Assembly: GCA_013239625.1 (NCBI GenBank)
Contig: MU054323.1
Coordinates: 11,367,815 to 11,431,814, forward strand
DNA length: 64,000 nucleotides
Source: Lama guanicoe
Taxonomy: Eukaryota
Direction of reading: 5' to 3'
The stretch's first letter is position 1, and each line of letters opens with the position of its first letter. Made by a program: the position numbers and the translations under genes. Positions 24,171 to 37,780 of this stretch are shown piece by piece. A model generated the notes under the pieces. It was not told the origin of the DNA. It searched no databases and was given only the letters and a program-made list of their open reading frames with translations.

Positions 24171-25499
24171 TATTACCCCCTCACACTTCCTCTAGAGCCA
24201 TGTCTGTTGAAAGGTATATTGGGACAAGGTGATTCCGTTCATGGTGTCACACCCATTTAAACGTTTATGTTTTGATATTTTTATGAAAAAACCCAATTGT
24301 ACATTTTATTATAGCTGCATGTTTATATATTCATATATACATACAAGTAAATAAAAGACATATGAATATATACCAAAAGGGAACTATCCAGAAACATGCT
24401 GAAGTATAATTAATTTTACAAGAGCAATTCAAAACCCAGAGTCACCTGGCAGAAGAAAAATCTTGTTTGCACGTTTCTGCTCTCCACTCTGATTTCTGGC
24501 AAGCCATATTGTATAAAGGTGACATCTGTGACAAATTATCACCTTCATCTGCTAATTGCTGCATTGTCATAAAACTGCTTGTGCCTAACATGAAAGGTCT
24601 TGAAACATGTAAGAAAAGGTATAAAGTTTTTTCTTTCCATAATTGGCATCACTGTTGTTCGTTTAGGGCTTAATGTACTTTAAGATGAAAAGTTAAAAGA
24701 AATGTATAGTCAATCCAAAATCACACTGGCAAACTAAAAATGTTGTCCATGTTAGTTTGGCCTGCTTTTGGAATTCTGTGCTTGTAGCTAATACAAAATG
24801 GAATTGTGGGCTTGATGGTCTTACTGTATATGAATAGCAAGTGGCCATCTACTGATAGAAGCTCACAGAGAACAATTCTTTATGCCTGTAGAATGGGACA
24901 GGAAGGCGCCAAGACATCAAAGCAGTGGTACTGCTGCTGTTGTTTGTTTTTAAAGTGGTGCCACTTACTGTGGCATTCAATTTAGACTCACCCTTCTTGT
25001 TCAAAAATATGTGTTTATTATTTAACAATCTGATATTATAGTATTTAATGATTACTTTAAAAGTATTTGACATCATGGAACATGCTGTTGGAACACATCT
25101 TTTGCTAATACAGATCTTTTCAATTGTAGGCAGGATGGTTGAGACTATTTTAGTGGATAAGGATATATCTGTAGAGCTCTGTTCTGAAATCTGGAAAATA
25201 TTTTAGCAGCAAACTGATTTATAACTTTGGGGAACATGTATTACTTAGTCATCATTCAGAGTACTAGTCAACAACCACAGCATGTAATTTTTCATGCCAG
25301 AATTGGCAACTGGTTACACACCCTACTCCCCACCATATCAGTAAAAAAAAAAAGAAAGAAACATAGTCAGTTGACTCCATTTGCTTTAGCTAAAAAAACA
25401 GTTAGATGATTCTGTTTACTTCAGTTAGAAAAGCAGAATGGGACCTGTACACTGTAATAGCAACAGAAACAAATATGATGATGATGATTATAGTAGTTA

Positions 25500-25715
25500 A
25501 CAGCAGCTAACATTTATGGAGCATTTACTAAGCACCAGGCATCATGCTATGTGTTCTGTATGCATAAGATCAGTTAATCCTCACAACGACCGCACGTGGC
25601 CACGTTACCAGTAGTTAACTTGCAGGGCAGAACTGAAGCAGACATTGAGGTGAAGAAGCTTAAAGTATCGGATTGCTGTTTGTCTGACTGAATAGCCTGT
25701 GTTCTTTCTACTGTA
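25500..25715 (-). mobile_element. MIR SINE
   Basis: gcagctaacatttatggagcatttactaagcaccaggcatcatgcta…ttaatcctcacaac…tgtctgactgaatagcctgtgttcttt. Confidence 0.75.
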
Positions 25716-26919
25716 ATTTGATGCCTCTTTTATGAGATTTTAGTTAGAGCACCTTTGTAATAGTAGTGAGCTGGATGGATTTCTTCAGGGAAGATTTTAA
25801 AAAAGAAAAAAGAGGCTAAACAGCCAGATCAGAGGGATGGTGGTCGGTCGCAAGAGAGGTGGTTCTGAGGCTGCCTGAGATGACAGGGGAGGCCGGCACA
25901 GCCTGGGTAGGGGTGAGGGGTGTCAAGTGAACAGAAGGAGAAACAGTGTCATCAAGAATCAGAGGTGAAGAGGATCTTAGACCATCATCTGGTCAGAGAA
26001 AAAGAATGTTTGAGAAAGGAAATCTGAGACTCAGAAAGGGCCCAGCACAACTTTCTGATCTTTAAACCCCTGAGACCTGCTTTTGTTAATCAACTATGTG
26101 AAAAAGAAGCTTGCTGTTAAAACAAAAGACCATGATAAATAAACACTCCAATGGAATCTGGAGACCATATATTAAAACCAATTACTATTAGGTAACATCT
26201 TTACGGCTCACTCACTCATGTGTTTGCTGTTGCTGACATCTAATAATAGCACAAGTTCAGCCAAATCAGAAGTTCAAGACATCCAGAAATTAAGGATAAG
26301 TCTTACTGGGAAGCACTGAATAAGAGAAAATGCACTACAAGGAAAGTAATTTCTGTGCCTATGTTTAGAATATATTTCACCAAGATTAAGAATATTTTCT
26401 TTTGTCTGAAAAGATGGGCATAGTGCCCTACCATCATCTTCCCAGAGTTTTATATATTACACTGACCAATATCTGTCATGGATGATTTATTTCATATGTA
26501 CCCCTAATCACAGGACATTTCAATACATGATTATGTAACTTTTTTTCGGTACTAGATTAACACAAACCCAAAATGAAGTTGTTAACTTAGAGAAAGGAAG
26601 CTTTCACATGAGAAAGTTTTTTTTTAAGTTATAATAAATTTGTCACAATTTTAAACTTTTAATGTACCAAAATTTAGTTATATTTATCATCTCTGCTGCT
26701 ATATTATTTTTAACAATAGTAACTTTATTCTTTTTTGCTTTTAAACAAGTAATAATTTGGTCTGACCATTTGGTTTTCTTACATGTTTTGTAAGTCAATA
26801 ACTGAGTTGTAACCATGCAATAATTACCTTCACGATTAGGCGGCACATGTGTGCACATTAAGACAACATGAAATTAGGTTGAAGTAGTTGGGAGTGAGGG
26901 ATAAAACCTCCATATTTGT

Positions 26920-27360
26920 TTGAATATGGCCTTGCCTTCAAGAAGTTTACAATCTTCATGGATAGATAATAGTACACATGGAAAAATGTAAAAAAGTTAT
27001 ATGGCAGTGTAATTACACACTAAGTTTCATGGTATATAGTATAAAATATTATGCTGAATTACATTACACAATTACAGATGTATTCAGTAAGGAGAGATCA
27101 TGTAGTGCTGAAATACTCAGGTAAGGCTTTTTTAAGAAGCTGAATTTCCCTTGGACCTTAAGAGACTATGTGAGATTTCTATAGGCAGAAAAAGTAAGGG
27201 TGGGTGAGGACAGGAAAGGAGGAGTACTAGAAAGGGCACAGAGTTTGGGCCAGTGTGGCACTGAGTGGTCAGCTAGGCAAAACCAGTCTTACTGCGCTGA
27301 AGACCTGTTTTATGGAGTAACAGACAATATTTGAGAAGGTTGTATGGAGCCATTATTGTT
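26920..27360 (-). mobile_element. L2 fragment
   Basis: ggccttgccttcaagaagtttacaatct…gtaaggctttttaagaagctgaattt…aaagggcacagag. Confidence 0.55.
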
Positions 27361-28729
27361 GCAGAACTTAATTCTTGCCCCCAAATAGTCATGTTTTCAT
27401 TTTTTCCATTTCTAGATCAAGTCACTTAAGCAAACAGCTCATGTGTTAAGACTCTAACACATATGGATATGTTTAAGTTTGGGGTTTGAAATAAAATGTT
27501 TTTGAATTCAAAGTAAAACAATCCATATTTTAGTCCATATTTAGCTCATATGCCTAAATTCTAAATATGAAGGAATGAAGGATACTATCTTTCCACTAAT
27601 CTAGGGGATATAGGGTTAACCACTAAAAACACAAGTGAATTCCCACTAGGTAATTTGGATCAGCACACCTGAATAAAACTCTTCAGTCTGTATTCAGGGA
27701 GAGAAAATCACTAATTTAACACCCAGAGTACATATGTACTATCTGATAGTCCTGTGTTTGGCTCCCTAACTCGGTCTATAGTAGTTCTCGTTTGTTCTGA
27801 GCGAGCCAGTGGTTTCCTGGGAAGTGAAAGCAGTGTACTGGTTCTAGAGAGGTCAGTCTTCAGTGGTGTTGTAGACCACTTTCATGTCTTGGACTTCTTG
27901 CGTAGACACAGCCAGCTACTGGTAATCCAGTCTGTTCTTGTCTGCAGTGGCTGTAGGGGACTAAAGACGGCCAGCAGGAGCCATTACTCTTTGTGGCTCA
28001 TGTTGCATTTTTCTCAGTTGGTAAGCCTCCCCCAGGACTGCATTTTGATGACCCTTCCTAACAAACAAACAGCATGTTCCAGGAGGCCAGGAAGAAAGGC
28101 AGAAGTGGAACACTGGGTGCATTATGTGCCATGCACTCTGCCCTTCTCGTGTGACTTTTTATTACTGGAAACTATTTATAAAATGGGGTAAGACCTTTCC
28201 CTCATGTTAAAAAATGTAATTGTAAAGTAAATCTTTGACATTTACTAGAATATTTTTCTGAGACCTTTTGTGTTTCCCCAGATTTGCAGGTATCTTTGTA
28301 ATCTAGCAATTAACTCTTTAGAGGCCATTTAGACCCTTACAAAGAATAAAGCTTTATCTATTTATGGTAATGAATAAAATACAACAAAAACTATAGGAAA
28401 TCTGGGTGCTGATCAGTGAGAACGCACACAGACCAACTAAGTGACTTGGTCCTAACACATCATGAAGCAGAAATGATTCAAATTTGCGTAGCAAAATTAT
28501 ATATAACCACATGTTAAAGACCTTTGGAGTCACTCACGTCAAATCTTTAAATGCTTTAGATCATAAATGGCATTACATTGTTTTCTTTGTTCATTTTAGT
28601 TTTTTCTTTCTTTCTCATAGCAAAATATCTGAGATGCTCACTTAGGACAGATCATGTTGTGTTTAATGAAGAAAGTCATTATGGCCTTAATGAAAAACAA
28701 TGGAAGCCCTATATTCTGTCCATAAAAAC

Positions 28730-29090
28730 AACCATCCAACATTTATCAAGTACCTGCCATATTCCAGGCACTGAACTGTTCAGTGTTGCTGCCCATGCAG
28801 CAGAATGACCCAGGCAGCTTTTAAAAACACAGATACCGGGTCCAGGCTCACACCTGCTGAATCAATGTCTGGTGGTGGGCCCCTGGGATCATAGCCACCC
28901 TACTAGCCACTTTCTTGCAGATCACTTAATTCTCTTAACTGCACCAGGTGATGGTTTGCCCTGAGCTACACCTGAGGAGACTGGCTCACATTACTAGATG
29001 GCCCAGAGTCACACAGCTGCTGAGTGGAGGTACCATAGTCTAAACTCAGGTCTTTGTGATGCCAAAGCCCATGTTCTTTCCACTATGGAA
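28730..29090 (-). mobile_element. MIR/L2-tail fragments with an intervening MER5-like hAT relic
   Basis: acatttatcaagtacctgccatattccaggcactg; cagaatgacccaggcagcttttaaaaacacagataccgggtcc…ctgctgaatca; cccagagtcacacagctgctgagtggagg. Confidence 0.55.
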
Positions 29091-29449
29091 TAAGTTAACA
29101 GTTTTTCTATTCCAGATGGTACAAAAATGCCATCTTTGTAGATTTTTTTTCCCTCTCTCTTACCTAGATTTCTCTCTGGTATCCTTGGCTGTACTGTGTG
29201 TTTTGTTTAAATGGAAAAATACATCAAAGATTTCCTTTTTGTAAGCACCTCTTTAATTTTTCTAGTTCCTATATTTACCAGCCCCTCCTCCATTTTCTCT
29301 AATCCTTAAAATAAAGCAAAACAAAAATGACACTCAAAATATCCGTCCTTTCAAACTATGGTTCTTTTTGTTTTTGCCACTGACTCTCAAAACGTCCTGA
29401 CAACTTGATTTTCTCAATACTAGCTCACTTCCTATAAACACAGGGATGT

Positions 29450-29905
29450 GTATTTTTATTGTAAGAACAGAATATATTTATTGCAAAAAATTAGAAAATT
29501 AATTATAAAGAAGAAAACGGCACCCATAGTCTGGTCAGTCATTTCCCAGAAATATCCAGTGCCTTTTGACATATAGTCTTCCTATGTTTTCCCATGTTTT
29601 TATACAGATCAAACAAAATTTGGGTCAAATCCTATTTTGTAAGGATTTTTTAAAACTTACTATAATGTACACTGTTTCTCACTGCCTTTACATAGTTTTT
29701 TATAATATGATGTTAATGTATGCATGGTATTCCATCAGATAGAGGTACTACTATTTATTTGATGTTATTCAAAATTAAAATTATTTTCCGTTTTCCACTT
29801 TTATAAATAATGCCAAAGTATGTGAAAATCTCTAGTTGTTTCCTTAGGATGTGTTTTCAAATCTAATTACTGAACTGAGGGTATACTTTTTTTAAAGGTT
29901 TTTAA
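29450..29905 (-). mobile_element. Ancient L1ME-like 3' end
   Basis: tatttattgcaaaaaattagaaaatt…atggtattccatcag…ttataaataatgcc…tttccttaggatgtgttttcaaatctaattactg. Confidence 0.6.
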
Positions 29906-30799
29906 AAAATGTTAGTCTTATGCTCTGTCCCCTTTCAGTGGGTCACCAGACTCTATCAATATTGCCTTGGAAGCATCTCTTAGAGAAACTCCCTGCATTT
30001 CTACAATGGCCCCATTTGATGGGATCCCGTTACTTCTCCTTTTCATTCTTCCTGGCTTCCTGACTGGTCTGCCTCTAATTTCTTCTTTGTTAATCCATAT
30101 TGCACACAGCTAACAGTTGGTCTTCATAAAGTACCACTCTAAAATAGTTATGTATGTTTATTTGTTCAGAAAATGTTTCTTAGGCACATACGTTGTTTGA
30201 CTTCCTGAGACATTATGACACACCCCATTCCCTTGAGTATCATCAGGTTTAGGAAACATTAAAATGCATTATCTTAAGAGAGATGAACAGACAGTAACTT
30301 AAGGACATAAAGAAAGGAGAGTCTTCCTTAAAGTGACACTGGAGAAGTGGCACGTGAGCTGAGAATTAAACAATAATTAGGCATTTTCCAGAGAGGAAAG
30401 ACATTTAAAATATTTGCATTACTTCCATATTCCTTGGTCAAGATTTTTTATAATATGGTTCCAATCTGCTTTTAAAATTTTACCACTCATTCATGCAGTG
30501 TGAGCCAACCTATTTGAATTAATGAACTATTCCTGACTTGTGCCTTATGCTTTTAGAATTTTGCCTCTAGTTATATCTGTCCAGCCTAAAACCTGCAAGG
30601 CTTTGCTCTTTTCTTTAACCTCTAAATGCAATTCTTCCTTTAATGATCTTCTAGGAGTCCATTCTCATTTCCCCCAGCTGGCAGTCATCTGGACTGAATG
30701 TCTTTTTCCTCTCTAATAGGTCTTAGCACAGATCTGATATTAATAGCCACTTTAATACATTTTACCTCTTAAAAAAGGGATAAAGGGCAGCAACAGCCA

Positions 30800-31650
30800 T
30801 GTTGCCCAAACCATTCATGGCAGAAATTTTATTTCTAAATCTAATGAATACCTTCCCATTCTTATCTTATTTTCCTCTTGGCAACATTTGGCACTGCTGA
30901 CTCTTCCTGAAATACACTCTCCCCTTGGCTTTTCTTTTTTTTTTTCCTCTTACTTCTCTGGCCACTTCTCAAGACTCTTATAGATTTCTTCCTTCAGTCT
31001 ATGTTGCTCATAAGGCTCTCCCAGGCTCCTTTCTTCTCTCATTCCACACTTTCTCCCTCGGACACGTCATTCGGGTTGGGGGCCCAAGTGAACGCTCACG
31101 ACTCCTGAGTCTAAATCCTTAGTCCAAAAGCCCTTTCTTAGTTCAGAGCCATATATGTGACCTATGCCACACCTGGAGGTATGTTCAAACCTTCAGTATG
31201 TTCAAAATTGAATTTGTCATTGCCTCCAAGGGCACATAGTCAGCAGACCATTGCCCAGAGCTTAGTCCCTGTCTGGTCTTGTTTCTTGCTGTAACTCCAC
31301 ACCCTCTCTGTAATTCCACAGCCATGTGGAATATGCTTTTCTCATGCTATTCCTTTTCCTAAACTGTTCTCAGTCATCTGGTAGCTCCTGTTGGTCCTTC
31401 AAGACACTTCAAATGCTATTACATTTCAAACAATCTCCTGACCAGGTTACTGGGGTTCTCTCTTCTTACTCTCATCATACTCTCTGCATTTGTCTTAATC
31501 ATTGCTTTCATTTTTCTTTTTTTTTTTTTTTGGTCCTTCTCTCCCTTGGACTCTGAGCTCCTTAGGGTAGATACTGTGTCCTGTTTGTTTTTATATCTGA
31601 GGTCCAAGTGTTACTAATATTATAGGTACTCAATATAGATCTGTACAAAT
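30800..31650 (+). mobile_element. L2 ORF2/3' end remnant
   Basis: ggcaacatttggcactgctgactcttcctgaaatacactctcc…gactctgagctccttagggtagatactgtgtc…taggtactcaata. Confidence 0.75.
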
Positions 31651-34600
31651 TTTTAGGCCCTATTTTCAGCATCTCACACACGTATATGCACCTCCCATGC
31701 TTATTAATGCACTTGTGATTAGTAATGCTCCCTACCACCTTCAACAGACACTCTGCAGATATTAACCCATACGGACCCTTTCATTGCATCTGAGGTGAGA
31801 TTTATGACAGTGCTAGAAGGCCACATGAGGCAGGTGCACAGTTGATAATAAAGGCTATCTTAAGATAGTTACCTTTTTTGTTTAAATTACTGAAGCATAC
31901 AAGTAAGACTGATTTTTTTTTTCAGATTATCTATACTATTAGAAGGGACGTACAGAAGCATGTTGTTTGTAACTTAAATGAACAAGCATTTGACCATGTG
32001 AAAGTCAGTATGGAATTGTGGTCCTTAAGTATTTCCCTTGTTTATTAGTGTTTCTGCTCAGAGTTTCCGCTTCTGAGATAGTACTGATGAGACCATCATT
32101 GCAGCCTTGTGCCTCTCTGTACCTCTTGACTTCAGGAGGAGAAAAATCTTGTTCTGGGGCTATGTACTATTTAACACCGGCCAGTTGGTGTGAAAGGTAG
32201 GCCTGAGTGATGAGTGCATGTCTTCTGGCACCATTAATAAAAAAAATTCTCAAAGTATATATTCTTCTCTTGGTTAGATTATCATTTTCATAAATGAGTG
32301 AAATGTACACACAAGTTGTATTTTACTCATTCAACAGGTTTATCTTTGCCTGAGTGTTGATATGCTGTTATAATGTTTATGTTATTTTCTTAAGAGTAAT
32401 ACACTGAAAGATGCTGATAACTGTGACACTTACAGAATATTTATTTTAAAATTTAGAATTGTGGAAGCAGCTTTGTAAGTAAAGTTTGTGGAACTGCCTT
32501 TGAGTGATAGCTTCCTGTGGACTGTCTACTGACTGTACAGAATATTGTTCCATACATGAAAATGTTCTTCCCGTTTTCCCTCTCAAGGCATAAGTGAGCA
32601 TTATGAAACCACAGCGAGAACAGTGGTGGCTGTGCCCTCCTGGTGTTAACTCACCGTGCAGTGGCTCAGCACTAAATCTCTTTGTCCTTATCATGTTGTT
32701 TTGAAGCAGAGTATGAGTTTGAGTGCATATGCATAATGTATGTAACAATATGCTTTAGCTTCCTGTTCATATGAAAATCAAAATTTATTCTCACCAAAGG
32801 TGAGAATCTAACTGCTGTGGCCCCCTTAACCCAGAAATTCATCTGAACGGGAACTTATGCCCACCTTTTCATTTTATATATTACAACCTTTCATCATGAA
32901 TGTATTATTTTTCTTTTTTGGGTTTGTCCAAAAAAGCTTTAAAGCTTTAACTTGTTTCTGTTTTTTTTTTTTTCCAGGCAGTGTCCATTTCATTATTTAT
33001 AAAGGCTGTGCCTTTCCTCTTCTAGCTTCATAGATATTTTTCTTTATTCAGAATATTTTTTCTCTATTTTTTCCAGTTGTTAGGACGTTTTCTCATTTTG
33101 ATTTTGTTTTGTTTTGTTTTTAAATAAATTGATGTTTGTGCTGAGTATTGCAAAGGTATTGTTAAAACAATACTGAGCTTGCTAGTGTGAGTGTGTGAGT
33201 GCTTATGCATGTGCACATGCAAACCAAGTTCATGTACCTTCACTTTTTAAAACAGATTCTGATCAAAAATCAATCCCACAAGAACATGAAACTAAATGTA
33301 GAAATTGTTTACTTATTAATGTTTATTAAGAAATTACTTACTTATTAACATTACTAATTAATGTCTGAATAGCTTTCTAAATTGAAGAATCATTTTCTCC
33401 ATTTTATTTCTCATAATTATATTTTCTATAATATAAAATGATTATATTTATATGTAATATTGTGTATTTTATAACATAGGCATCCCTGAACCTACCATCT
33501 GATTGCTAAGAGCACCCAAACACACTTTGTTATACAATCTGGACTGAGCCAAACAAGCCCTGGTGCAGTTGTCAAAGCTGGCTCATCTGTACTCTGTGAG
33601 ACGTAAGGTGTTGAGAGTATGTTAGTAACCTCCTCATTCACCTGCTTTCCCCTAACAAAGTTATGCGCACGTATTCTCAATGGCTTCCATTCTCTTCTCA
33701 CCCAAGTATTGCATTTGACCACATAGAGTAAATTCCAAGTACTCTCCTTCTTATAAGAATATTGACCTGCAGAATCTGTGAGAGCATGTATGTACACACA
33801 ACATGCCTATTTTAGTGTGTTTATTTTGCGATATTTAGTAACTTAGTACAAAGAATTTTCATATGTGCTTTAGTTATCTTTTTCACAGGGAATAATAATT
33901 AAAAGAGAAATTAAATATAACCACTAACTTAGATTTATTTCTCCATCTTTGTTTTATAAAGTGCCTTTTCCACGTATAGTCTCATTTGGATGTAAAAAAC
34001 TAATAGTAACCTACAACGCGTTGGATTCTTTTCATTCTAATATTTTACGTGAATAAAAATCGCTGGCATAAATCTTTGAAGAGCAAGTTTCCTGTTAGTG
34101 CTCTTCTTGTCTTTGTTGTTCATGTTACCTGCCTGTTTGTGTGACCAAAATACTTCTCTAACAAATACTTGAGTACTGTTCAGTAAACAACTGCCTGTAA
34201 TTCCTTGTTAATTTATTATATGCAATACATTTTAAAAGAATCTACAGCACGTGGTTACTTGTAGACTTAAACAACTACCCTTTGACACTGTGAGGGCACT
34301 ACACAACTTTTTAGATGTTAAATATGAGAAATTTGTGTTGAGAGTTGTCTTATCTGTAGGTTAATAGCTGCTTTCTTTGATTTTATCTCCCCAAACTCTA
34401 CATTCTTTGGATTAATCTTGCATTGTATAAATGTAGTCTGAAAATAGTTTGGGGTTCCATATGGAAACTTTGACAGCACTTTTTGAGACTGCTGGACTAA
34501 AGTTTAAAAATCCTTTATTCATAGTTTATTTATGATTTACATCTTCCCCATTTCCTCATAGATTTGAAATGGCCTTTCGCAGAAGATGAAGTAAGAAAAG

Positions 34601-36779
34601 CATGGCTTATGTTGCCAGTCAGGTATTAAAGTGTGTGTGTGCATAGGGCTTGAGGGGAAGGCATCGTGTTATTCAGGCTAAGAAAAACTGCTCTAGTCAA
34701 ACATGAACCTTAGCAGTGACCTTCTTAGAAGTCAAGTCATAAGGAGTCTTCCTATATTTCACTTATTGCATTAAATTCTTGGTGATTTACAATGGTGAGG
34801 AGCTAGTTAATAGCAGAAAAGAAGGTACAAGTCAGTGTCTTTTCTAGGCACAGTTATCACTACTCTTTGGTAGCAGATCTGACTGAGTTGGGTTAATCAA
34901 CACTCGTCAAAGCTGGGCAACAAACCATTCCTATTTTTGCAGACTGCTTAGCTATTACTGTTATAAAAGATCTACCACTTGGCCATGATATGCTTCCAGT
35001 TAAGAGAGGAACTTCACACTGTTGGTGTGTGTACATGGAAACTACCTTGAACATTCTTTTCTTTGCCAGAGGACTTAGTTGCTTTCATCCAGAATAGAAT
35101 TTTAACAACCACAATAGGTTCGTAATAGTAATCCAAATGGTTTCCAAATAGTTTATGAATTAATTTTTGTTAAAGAAATTATTAATAACCTTTCTGATCA
35201 GTAAAAAAATCATTAATATGTTGGTTCCAATACTAATTTCCTTAGTAATTCAAGTAGACTGTGCCACCTCTTATGTTATTAAATCAGTCATAATGAAGGC
35301 TTATATTTTAGTACTTTAGGGATGAATATGGGTAAGAACTAAAATTAGGAAAGACTTGATGGGAAACACTGACTTCTGTTTAGACTTGACAAATGAATAG
35401 GGTTTATGCAGTGAGAATCATGTTTTAAAAAGTTTCTCCTGCATGCATTATCATTAAAATTGTGCTTATTAAAGGTGTTTCTACTTAAATATTATAAAGA
35501 AAATATATTTTTTGTAAGTGTCTATAATCTGAATCTTAGGCCTGTGTTTTATAGTTAATACTGTAAGATCAAGGTATGCTGGTAGCAGCATTAGAATAAA
35601 AATTTATGATGAACACCTTTCTGTTATATGGAAAGTTAGTATATGATCAAGTACCACGGAAACAGTATACAATAGCGCAGAAGAGGGTCATAGTGAACTA
35701 GCAGAGCAAGGGGAAAGTTCAGAGAACCAGACCTTGATTTAGATTTTGAGGAACAGTAGGATTTGATTTGGTAAAGATATTGGGAGTGTACACTCGGGGT
35801 TGGAGATCCTGTGGTGGAGACTGGCCTGATTGGAGTCCAGAGTTCATCTTTTTTTAGTGTTAAGTGCTCAAGTTAGAGAGGTAGTCTTAGTTGTCGTGAA
35901 GAATCACTTCTAACAAAGTGACAAATAAAAGGAGTCAGAAATAATGGGAGTTGTGAAGGTAGTGTTTATGACTTTATAAATATACTCTGGGACTGCTGAG
36001 TAAATTGTTCCCTTCTTAGTATTCTAAGAGAGTTGATTATCTTCCTAAGCAGTTTACTACTTGTTCTCAGATAAAATAAGATCCGCTGGCTTTCCATCAT
36101 CATAGTCATCCCAAAATAGTCTTTTATTTTGAGATTTCTGCATTAACTATCTTCAGTTTAAAGGAATACTCAGTAAAAGTAATTGCTTCTCATGTTTTTT
36201 TACATCTTTTTTGCCATGAGTGAGGTATTTGCAGACTGTGTGATGACTTATAATAGGAAAAAAGTATGATTCATCCTAATTACAAAGCTGTTTTCTGAGA
36301 AAGAATCATTGGAGAAATGTCTTATTTGTGTTTTTACAAATGGTTTTGAGACTTTAAAAAAATCTTGCCTTTTCTGTATGCGTATGTAAATGGCCCTAAT
36401 TTTATATTGGCAAACTTTTATTTAGCAGGGGGATTAACTTAGTGCCTGTCACCCCTAGTGACCTACAGAGTTAGCCATAGAACCTAAACCCCACCCACTT
36501 CTACCTTCTACCCCACTCCAACTTTAATAGCTGTGCCTTAAACAATATTTTTTAAATTGGAAACACAGATTTTATATATAATGTCCCTTGATGGTCCCAG
36601 GTGGTCATTTGACATATATTGGCAAATACTGATTTCATCTAAATCAATCTTTTTCAGCAGTTGTTGGCCTGTTAGTAAGGTTCAGTACTCATGGACTCTG
36701 ATGGATTCATTTTCTAAAACATTAGCAACCTATCTGAAATTTGAGGTGCCAGTAGACTCTTTGGACATAAAGTCTGAGA

Positions 36780-37340
36780 AGAGTTCTTTGGTTGCAGCAA
36801 CTAGGATGTATTTGTTGACCTTATAGAATAGTTTCACAGGCATAGGGGTGCCAGACACCAGATGTGGGTGGAGTGGAGGCTGATGTGGGTGAATGCAGAT
36901 AGCAAGTTTAGGTGATTCCTTCAGGGAGTTTGCTGATAAAGGAGGGCAGAGAGCTGGAGTAGTCAGTAGAAGGGGAAGCCATGTCAAGGATGACTAGGGG
37001 AGTTAAGTATTCCTAAATGCTGAGAAAATTTAATAGAGGAAAAGCTGAAAGTGAAATGCATTAATGATGGAGCGGATTTTCTGAGAAATCAGGAGCGGAC
37101 AGGAACAGAAACAGAGTTAAGGGGATTTCTCATTTTCTAAGGCAGGAAGCAAGACGGGCCTTGAGTATATATTTTGGTTTGGAGAGTAAGGGCTGAGAAA
37201 GCAAGGGGTGCTTTGATAAAAGCCTGTTCTGTCTGTCAGGTCAGGGGTTAGATAACATGATGATTGTTGGAGTGAGAGGAGGGGACACAGGTGATTAGTG
37301 ACAGTTTAGAATAGTTGCTGTGGAAGGTGGGAAAAGGAAG
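36780..37340 (-). mobile_element. L2 fragment
   Basis: gcaactaggatgtatttgttgacctt…gagtttgctgataaaggagggcagagagctggagtag. Confidence 0.6.
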
Positions 37341-37444
37341 CTGATAAAAACAAATAAAAGCATTGCTGAGCTCTCCAGCCTCATGCTGTAGGCCCAGCCT
37401 GACTTCTCATGGTAGCTTTAAGCTCCATCTAAAGTGGAGACGTC

Positions 37445-37780
37445 TTGCACTGGCCTCACTCCTTCCCTGCACCTCCTTCAACGCACTTGTCTCTTCTGCC
37501 TTTCACCATGTCTACCTGTTCTTTTATGCCTGCCTCAGATAGATCATTTCCTGGTCTCTTCAGCCTGCAGTGCTGTCAGTTCCCCTCCAGTCTCCTGCAA
37601 CAGCTGAACCACTCTTCAGAATCACATCATTTGCAAATATATTCTACCTTCTCTCCCAGATTGTAGGTTCCTTTGGGGCAAGAATCATGGGTTTGTCAGT
37701 GTCTCTCTTTCTCTGCCTCTCTCTGCACAGGGCAGTGCTGCTTTGTTCAGTAAACAATGAATGAATCAATTAATGAATGG
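37445..37780 (+). mobile_element. L2 3' end
   Basis: cccagattgtaggttcctttggggcaagaatcatg…tcagtaaacaatgaatgaatcaattaatgaatg, the L2 (AATG)n tail. Confidence 0.7.

Noticed and set aside
27754..28191. 145-aa ORF in apparently unique sequence
   Set aside because: Non-ATG start, no recognisable domain and no convincing splice context. A chance ORF is likely; a protein database search would settle it.
32950..32980. Strong isolated splice acceptor (also at about 31925 and 53828) and an isolated donor at 11731
   Set aside because: No convincing partner site or LCLAT1-like peptide. Such sites are expected by chance in long AT-rich introns.
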